Source: the human T2T-CHM13v2.0 reference genome, Homo sapiens
Direction: 5' to 3' (one strand)
Assembly (NCBI RefSeq): GCF_009914755.1
Contig: NC_060937.1
Length of the DNA stretch: 64,000 nt
Part shown: piece by piece, positions 49,200 through 61,100 of the stretch
Position numbering within the stretch: position 1 is the first letter of the stretch
Layout: each line of letters starts with the position of its first letter
Made by a program: the position numbers and the translations under genes
The notes under the pieces: model-generated
The model's input: only the letters and a program-made list of their open reading frames with translations
Database searches by the model: none
Told to the model about the DNA's origin: nothing

Positions 49200-52100
49200 T
49201 GTACATAAAATATGAAATTACATCAAATATATATTAGGTACATAAAATATGAAAGTACATCAAATATAGATTATATACTGTACATAAAATATCAATGTAC
49301 CCCAAATATATATTTTATACTCTACATGAAATATCAAAGTTCACAAACCATATATTATATACTGTACATAAAGTATCAAAGTACCCAAGGTTTATATTCT
49401 ATACTGTACAAAACATATCAAAGTACCCAAAGCATGTATTATATACTGTACATAAAATATGAAAGTACATCAAATATACATTTTATTCTGTACATAAAAT
49501 ATCAAAGTACACCAGATATATATTCTATAGTGTACATAAAATATCAAAGTACCCAAACTATACATTATATACTGTACATAGAATACGAAATTACATCAAA
49601 TATATATTATATTAGGTACATAAAATATGAAAGTACATCAAATATAGATTATATACTGTACATTAAATACCAAAGTACCCCAAATATATATTTTATACTG
49701 TACATGAAATATCAAAGTTCACAAACCATATATTATATACTGTACATAAAATATCAAAGTACCCAAGGTATATATTCTATACTGTACAAAAAATATCAAA
49801 GTACCCCAAATATATATTATATACTCTACATGAAATATCAAAGTTCACAAACTATATATTATATACTGTACATAATACATCAAAATACCCAAGGTATATA
49901 TTCTATACTGTACACAAAATATCAAAGTACCCAAAGCATGTATTATATACTGTATATAAAATATGAATGTTCATCAAATATATATTTTATTCTGTACATA
50001 AAATATCAAAGTACACCAGATATATATTCTATAGTGTACATAAAATAACAAAGTACACAAACTATAAATTATATACTGTACATAAAATATGAAACTACAT
50101 CAAATATATATTAGGTACATAAAATATGACAGTACATCAAATATAGATTATATACTGTACATATAATATCAATGTACCCCAAATATATATTTAATACTCT
50201 ACATGAAATATCAAAGTTCACAAACCATATATTATATACTGTACATAAAATATCAAAGTACCCAAGGTATATATTCTATACTGTACAAAAAATATCTGAG
50301 TACCCAAAGCATGTATTATATACTGCACATAAAATATGAAAGTACATCAAATATATATTTTATTCTGTATATAAAATATCAAAGTACACCAGATATATAT
50401 TCTATAGTGTACATAAAATATCAAAGTACCCAAACTATACATTATATACTGTACATAAAATATGAAATTACATCAAATATATATTATATTAGGTACATAA
50501 AATATGAAAGTACATCAAATATAGATTATATACTGTACATAAAATATCAAAGTACCCCAAATATATATTATATACTCTACATGAAATATCAAAGTTCACA
50601 AACTATATATTATATACTGTACATAAAATATCAAAGTACCCAAGGTATATATTCTATATTGTAAAAAAAATATCAAAGTACCCAAAGCATCTATTATATA
50701 CTGTATATAAAATATGAAAGTACATCAAATATATATTTTATTCTGTACATAAAATATCAAAGTACACCAGATATATATTCTATAGTGTACTTAAAATATC
50801 AAAGTACCCAAACTATACATTATATACTGTACATAAAATATGAAATTACATCAAATATATATTAGGTACATAAAATATGAAAGTACATCAAACATAGATT
50901 ATATACTGTACATAAAATATCAAAGTACCTGAAATATATATTATATACTCTACATGAAATATCAAAGTTCACAAACTATATATTATATACTGTACATAAA
51001 AAATCAAAGTACCCAAGGTATATATTCTATACTGTTCAAAAAATATCAAAGTACCCAAAGCATGTATTATATACTGTATATAAAATATGAAAGTACATTA
51101 AAGATATATTTTATTCTGTACATAAAATATCAAAGTACACCAGATATATATTCTATAGTGTACATGAAATAACAAAGTACACAAACTATAAATTATATAC
51201 TGTACATAAAATATGAAATTACATCAAATATATATTAGGTACATAAAATATGAAAGTACATCAAATATAGATTATATACTGTACATATAATATCAATGTA
51301 CCCCAAATATATATTTTATACTCTACATGAAATATCAAAGTTCACAAACCATACATTATATACTGTACATAAAATATCAAAGTACCCAAGGTATATATTC
51401 TATACTGTACAGAAAATATCAAAGTACCCAAAGCATGTATTATATACTGTACATAAAATATGAAAGTACATCAAACATATATTTTATTCTGTACATAAAA
51501 TATCAAAGTACACCAGATATATATTCTATAGTGTACATAAAATATCAAAGTACCCAAACTATACATTATATACTGTACATAAAATATGAAATTACATCAA
51601 ATATATATTAGGTACATAAAATATGAAAGTACATCAAATATAGATTATATACTGTACATAAAATATCAAAGTACCCCAAATATATATTATATACTCTACA
51701 TGAAATATCAAAGTTCACAAACTATATATTATATACTGTACATAAAATATCAAAGTACCCAAGGTATATATTCTATACTGTACGAAAAATATCAAAGTAC
51801 CCAAAGCATGTATTATATACTGTACATAAAATATGAAAGTACATCAAATATATATTTTATTCTGTACATAAAATATCAAAGTACACCAGATATATATTCT
51901 ATAGTGTACATAAAATAACAAAGTACACAAACTATAAATTATATACTGTACATAATATATGAAATTACATCAAATATATATCAGGTACATAAAATATGAA
52001 TGTACATCAAATATAGATTATATACTGTACATATAATATCAATGTACCCCAAATATATATTTTATACTCTACATGAAATATCAAAGTTCACAAACCATAT

Positions 52101-55100
52101 ATTATATACTGTACATAAAATATCAAAGTACCCAAGGTATATATTCTATACTGTACAGAAAATATCAAAGTACCCAAAGCATGTATTATATACTGTACAT
52201 AAAATATGAAAGTACATCAAATATATATTTTATTCTTTACATAAAATACCAAACTACACCAGATATATATTCTATAGTGTACATAAAATAACAAAGTACA
52301 CAAACTATAAATTATATACTGTACATAAAATATGAAATTACATCAAATATATATTAGGTACATAAAATATGAAAGTACATCAAATATAGATTATATACTG
52401 TACATAAAATATCAATGTACCCCAAATATATATTTTATACTCTACATGAAATATCAAAGTTCACAAACCATACATTATATACTGTACATAAAATATCAAA
52501 GTACCCAAGGTATATATTCTATACTGTACAAAAAATATCAAAGTACCCAAAGCATGTATTATATACTGTACATAAAATATGAAAGTACACCAAATATATA
52601 TTTTATTCTGTACATAAAATATCAAAGTACACCAGATATATATTCTATAGTGTACATAAAATATCAAAGTACCCAAACTATACATTATATACTGTACATA
52701 AAATATGAAATTACATCAAATATATATTAGGTACATAAAATATGAAAGTACATCAAATATAGATTATATACTGTACATAAAATATCAATGTACAACTAAT
52801 ATATATTTTATACTCTACATGAAATATCAAAGTTCTCAAACCACATATTATATACTGTACATAAAATATCAAAGTACCCAAGGTATATATTCTATACTGT
52901 ACAAAAAATATCAAAGTACCCAAAGCATGTATTATATACTGTACATAAAATATGAAAGTACATCAAATATATATTTTATTCTGTACATAAAATATCAAAG
53001 TACACCAGATATATATTCTATAGTGTACATAAAATAACAAAGTACACAAACTATAAATTTTATACTGTACATAAAATATGAAATTACATCAAATATATAT
53101 TAGGTACATAAAATATGAAAGTACATCAAATATAGATTATATACTGTACATAAAATATCAATGTACCCCAAATATATACTTTGTACTCTACATGAAATAT
53201 CAAAGTTCACAAACCATATATTATATACTGTACATAAAATATCAAAGTACCCAAGGTATATATTCTATACTGTACAAAAAATATCAAAGTACCCAAAGCC
53301 TGTATTATATACTGTACATAAAATATGAAAGTACATCAAATATATATTTTATTCTGTACATAAAATATCAAAGTACACCAGATATATATTTTATAGTGTA
53401 CATAAAATATCAAAGTACCGAAACTATACATTATATACTGTACATAAAATATGAAATTACATCAAATATATATTATATTAGTTACCTAAAATATGAAAGT
53501 ACATCAAATATAGATTATATACTGTACAGAAAATATCAAAGTACCCCAAATATATATTATATACTGTACATGAAATATCAAAGTTCACAAACTATATATT
53601 ATATACTGTACATAAAATAGCAAAGTACCCAAGGTATATATTCTATCCTGTACAAAAAATATCAAAGTACCCAAAGCATGTATTATATACTGTATATAAA
53701 ATATGAAAGTACATCAAATATATATTTTATTCTGTATATAAAATATCAAAGTACACCTGATATATATTCTATAGTGTACATAAAATAACAAAGTACACAA
53801 ACTATAAATTATATACTGTACATAAAATATGAAACTACATCAAATATATATTAGGTACATAAAATATGACAGTACATCAAATATAGATTATATACTGTAC
53901 ATATAATATCAATGTACCCCAAATATATATTTAATACTCTACATGAAATATCAAAGTTCACAAACCATATATTATATACTGTACATAAAATATCAAAGTA
54001 CCCAAGGTATATATTCTATACTGTACAAAAAATATCTGAGTACCCAAAGCATGTATTATATACTGCACATAAAATATGAACGTACATCAAATATATATTT
54101 TATTCTGTATATAAAATATCAAAGTACACCAGATATATATTCTATAGTGTACATAAAATATCAAAGTACCCAAACTATACATTATATACTGTACATAAAA
54201 TATGAAATTACATCAAATATATATTATATTAGGTACATAAAATATGAAAGTACATCAAATATAGATTATATACTGTACATAAAATATCAAAGTACCCCAA
54301 ATATATATTATATACTCTACATGAAATATCAAAGTTCACAAACTATATATTATATACTGTACATAAAATATCAAAGTACCCAAGGTATATATTCTATATT
54401 GTACAAAAAATATCAAAGTACCCAAAGCATCTATTATATACTGTATATAAAATATGAAAGTACATCAAATATATATTTTATTCTGTACATAAAATATCAA
54501 AGTACACCAGATATATATTCTATAGTGTACTTAAAATATCAAAGTACCCAAACTATACATTATATACTGTACATAAAATATGAAATTATATCAAATATAT
54601 ATTAAGTACATAAAATATGAAAGTACATCAAACATAGATTATATACTGTACATAAAATATCAAAGTACCTGAAATATATATTATATACTCTACATGAAAT
54701 ATCAAAGTTCACAAACTATATATTATATACTGTACATAAAAAATCAAAGTACCCAAGGTATATATTCTATACTGTTCAAAAAATATCAAAGTACCCAAAG
54801 CATGTATTATATACTGTATATAAAATATGAAAGTACATTAAAGATATATTTTATTCTGTACATAAAATATCAAAGTACACCAGATATATATTCTATAGTG
54901 TACATGAAATAACAAAGTACACAAACTATAAATTATATACTGTACATAAAATATGAAATTACATCAAATATATATTAGGTACATAAAATATGAAAGTACA
55001 TCAAATATAGATTATATACTGTACATATAATATCAATGTACCCCAAATATATATTTTATACTCTACATGAAATATCAAAGTTCACAAACCATACATTATA

Positions 55101-58100
55101 TACTGTACATAAAATATCAAAGTACCCAAGGTATATATTCTATACTGTACAGAAAATATCAAAGTACCCAAAGCATGTATTATATACTGTACATAAAATA
55201 TGAAAGTACATCAAACATATATTTTATTCTGTACATAAAATATCAAAGTACACCAGATATATATTCTATAGTGTACATAAAATATCAAAGTACCCAAACT
55301 ATACATTATATACTGTACATAAAATATGAAATTACATCAAATATATATTAGGTACATAAAATATGAAAGTACATCAAATATAGATTATATACTGTACATA
55401 AAATATCAAAGTACCCCAAATATATATTATATACTCTACATGAAATATCAAAGTTCACAAACTATATATTATATACTGTACATAAAATATCAAAGTACCC
55501 AAGGTATATATTCTATACTGTACAAAAAATATCAAAGTACCCAAAGCATGTATTATATACTGTACATAAAATATGAAAGTACATCAAATATATATTTTAT
55601 TCTGTACATAAAATATCAAATTACACCAGATATATATTCTATAGTGTACATAAAATAACAAAGTACACAAACTATAAATTATATACTGTACATAATATAT
55701 GAAATTACATCAAATATATATCAGGTACATAAAATATGAATGTACATCAAATATAGATTATATACTGTACATATAATATCAATGTACCCCAAATATATAT
55801 TTTATGCTCTACATGAAATATCAAAGTTCACAAACCATATATTATATACTGTACATAAAATATCAAAGTACCCAAGGTATATATTCTATACTGTACAGAA
55901 AATATCAAAGTACCCAAAGCATGTATTATATACTGTACATAAAATATGAAAGTACATCAAATATATATTTTATTCTTTACATAAAATACCAAACTACACC
56001 AGATATATATTCTATAGTGTACATAAAAGAACAAAGTACACAAACTATAAATTATATACTGTACATAAAATATGAAATTACATCAAATATATATTAGGTA
56101 CATAAAATATGAAAGTACATCAAATATAGATTATATACTGTACATAAAATATCAATGTACCCCAAATATATATTTTATACTCTACATGAAATATCAAAGT
56201 TCACAAACCATATATTATATACTGTACATAAAATATCAAAGTACCCAAGGTATATATTCTATACTGTACAAAAAATATCAAAGTACCCAAAGCATGTATT
56301 ATATACTGTACATAAAATATGAAAGTACACCAAATATATATTTTATTCTGTACATAAAATATCAAAGTACACCAGATATATATTCTATAGTGTACATAAA
56401 ATATCAAAGTACCCAAACTATACATTATATACTGTACATAAAATATGAAATTACATCAAATATATATTAGGTACATAAAATATGAAAGTACATCAAATAT
56501 AGATTATATACTGTACATAAAATATCAATGTACAACTAATATATATTTTATACTCTACATGAAATATCAAAGTTCACATACTATATATTATATAATGTAC
56601 ATAAAATATCAAAGTACCCAAGGTATATATTCTATACTGTACAAAAAATATCAAAGTACCCAAAGCATGTATTATATACTGTACATAAAATATGAAAGTA
56701 CATCAAATATATATTTTATTCTGTACATAAAATATCAAAGTACACCAGATATATATTCTATAGTGTACATAAAATATCAAAGTACCCAAACTATACATTA
56801 TATACTGTACATAAAATATGAAATTACATCAAATATATATTATATTAGGTACATAAAATATGAAAGTACATCAAATATAGATTATATACTGTACATTAAA
56901 TACCAAAGTACCCCAAATATATATTATATACTCTACATGAAATATCAAAGTTCACAAACTATATATTATATACTGTACATAAAATATCAAAGTACCCAAG
57001 GTATATATTCTATACTGTACAAAAAATATCAAAGTACCCAAAGCATGTATTATAAACTGTACATAAAATATGAAAGTACATCAAATATATATTTTATTCT
57101 GTACATAAAATATCAAAGTACACCAGATATATATTCCTTAGTGTACATAAAATATCAAAGTACCAAACTATACATTATATACTGTACATAAAATATGAAA
57201 TTACATCAAATATATATTATATTAGGTATATAAAATATGAAAGCACATCAAATATAGATTATATACTGTACATTAAATACCAAAGTACCCCAAATATATA
57301 TTTTATACTGTACATGAAATATCAAAGTTCCCAAACTATTTATTATATACTGTACATAAAATATCAAAGTACCCAAGGTATATATTCTATACTGTACAAA
57401 AAATATCAAAGTACACAAATCATGTATTATAAACTGTACATAAAATATGAAAGTACATCAAATATATATTTTATTCTGTACATAAAATATCAAAGTACAC
57501 CACATATATATTCTATAGTGTACATAAAATATCAAAGTACCCAAACTATACATTATATACTGTACATAAAATATGAAATTACATCAAATATATATTATAT
57601 TAGGTACATAAAATATGAAAGTACATCAAATATAGATTATATACTGTACATTAAATACCCAAGTACCCCAAATATATATTTTGTACTGTACATGAAATAT
57701 CAAAGTTCACAAACTATATATTATATACTGTACATAAAATATCAAAGTACCCAAGGTATATATTCTATACTGTACAAAAAATATCAAAGTACCCAAAGCA
57801 TGTATTATAAACTGTACATAAAATATGAAAGTACATCAACTATATATTTTATTCTGTACATAAAATATCAAAGTACACCAGATATATATTCTATAGTGTA
57901 CATAAAATATCAAAGTACCCAAACTATACATTATATACTGTACATAAAATATGAAATTACATCATATATATATTATATTAGGTACATAAAATATGAAAGT
58001 ACATCAAATATAGATTATATACTGTACAAAAAATATCAAAGTACCCAAATATATATTTTGTACTGTACATGAAATATCAAAGTTCACAAACTATATATTA

Positions 58101-61100
58101 TATACTGTACATAAAATATCAAAGTACCCAAGGTATATATTCTATACTGTACAAAAAATATCAAAGTACCCAAAGCATGTATTATATACTGTATATAAAA
58201 TATGAAAGTTCATCAAATATATATTTTATTCTGTACATAAAATATCAAAGTACACCAGATATATATTCTATAGTGTACATAAAATAACAAAGTACACAAA
58301 CTATAAATTATATACTGTACATAAAATATGAAACTACATCAAATATATATTAGGTACATAAAATATGACAGTACATCAAATATAGATTATATACTGTACA
58401 TATAATATCAATGTACCCCAAATATATATTTAATACTCTACATGAAATATCAAAGTTCACAAACCATATATTATATACTGTACATAAAATATCAAAGTAC
58501 CCAAGGTATATATTCTATACTGTACAAAAAATATCAAAGTACCCAAAGCATGTATTATATACTGTACATAAAATATGAAAGTACATCAAATATATATTTT
58601 ATTCTGTACATAAAATATCAAAGTACACCAGATATATATTCTATAGTGTACATAAAATATCAAAGTACCCAAACTATACATTATATACTGTACATAAAAT
58701 ATGAAATTACATCAAATATATATTATATTAGGTACATAAAATATGAAAGTACATCAAATATAGATTATATACTGTACATTAAATACCAAAGTACCCCAAA
58801 TATATATTTTATACTGTACATGAAATATCAAAGTTCACAAACCATATATTATATACTGTACATAAAATATCAAAGTACCCAAGGTATATATTCTATACTG
58901 TACAAAAAATATCAAAGTACCCCAAATATATATTATATACTCTACATGAAATATCAAAGTTCACAAACTATATATTATATACTGTACATAATACATCAAA
59001 ATACCCAAGGTATATATTCTATACTGTACAAAAAATATCAAAGTACCCAAAGCATGTATTATATACTGTATATAAAATATGAAAGTTCATCAAATATATA
59101 TTTTATTCTGTACATAAAATATCAAAGTACACCAGATATATATTCTATAGTGTACATAAAATAACAAAGTACACAAACTATAAATTATATACTGTACATA
59201 AAATATGAAACTACATCAAATATATATTAGGTACATAAAATATGACAGTACATCAAATATAGATTATATACTGTACATATAATATCAATGTACCCCAAAT
59301 ATATATTTAATACTCTACATGAAATATCAAAGTTCACAAACCATATATTATATACTGTACATAAAATATCAAAGTACCCAAGGTATATATTCTATACTGT
59401 ACAAAAAATATCTGAGTACCCAAAGCATGTATTATATACTGCACATAAAATATGAAAGTACATCAAATATATATTTTATTCTGTATATAAAATATCAAAG
59501 TACACCAGATATATATTCTATAGTGTACATAAAATATCAAAGTACCCAAACTATACATTATATACTGTACATAAAATATGAAATTACATCAAATATATAT
59601 TATATTAGGTACATAAAATATGAAAGTACATCAAATATAGATTATATACTGTACATAAAATATCAAAGTACCCCAAATATATATTATATACTCTACATGA
59701 AATATCAAAGTTCACAAACTATATATTATATACTGTACATAAAATATCAAAGTACCCAAGGTATATATTCTATATTGTACAAAAAATATCAAAGTACCCA
59801 AAGCATCTATTATATACTGTAAATAAAATATGAAAGTACATCAAATATATATTTTATTCTGTACATAAAATATCAAAGTACACCAGATATATATTCTATA
59901 GTGTACATAAAATATCAAAGTACCCAAACTATACATTATATACTGTACATAAAATATGAAATTACATCAAATATATATTAGGTACATAAAATATGAAAGT
60001 ACATCAAACATAGATTATATACTGTACATAAAATATCAAAGTACCTGAAATATATATTATATACTCTACATGAAATATCAAAGTTCACAAACTATATATT
60101 ATATACTGTACATAAAAAATCAAAGTACCCAAGGTATATATTCTATACTGTACAAAAAATATCAAAGTACCCAAAGCATGTATTATATACTGTATATAAA
60201 ATATGAAAGTACATTAAAGATATATTTTATTCTGTACATAAAATATCAAAGTACACCAGATATATATTCTATAGTGTACATGAAATAACAAAGTACACAA
60301 ACTATAAATTATATACTGTACATAAAATATGAAATTACATCAAATATATATTAGGTACATAAAATATGAAAGTACATCAAATATAGATTACATACTGTAC
60401 ATATAATATCAATGTACCCCAAATATATATTTTATACTCTACATGAAATATCAAAGTTCACAAACCATACATTATATACTGTACATAAAATATCAAAGTA
60501 CCCAAGGTATATATTCTATACTGTACAGAAAATATCAAAGTACCCAAAGCATGTATTATATACTGTACATAAAATATGAAAGTACATCAAACATATATTT
60601 TATTCTGTACATAAAATATCAAAGTACACCAGATATATATTCTTTAGTGTACATAAAATATCAAAGTACCCAAACTATACATTATATACTGTACATAAAA
60701 TATGAAATTACATCAAATATATATTAGGTACATAAAATATGAAAGTACATCAAATATAGATTATATACTGTACATAAAATATCAAAGTACCCCAAATATA
60801 TATTATATACTCTACATGAAATATCAAAGTTCACAAACTATATATTATATACTGTACATAAAATATCAAAGTACCCAAGGTATATATTCTATACTGTACA
60901 AAAAATATCAAAGTACCCAAAGCATGTATTATATACTGTACATAAAATATGAAAGTACATCAAATATATATTTTATTCTGTACATAAAATATCAAAGTAC
61001 ACCAGATATATATTCTATAGTGTACATAAAATATCAAAGTACCCAAACTATACATTATATACTGTACATAAAATATGAAATTACATCAAATATATATTAG

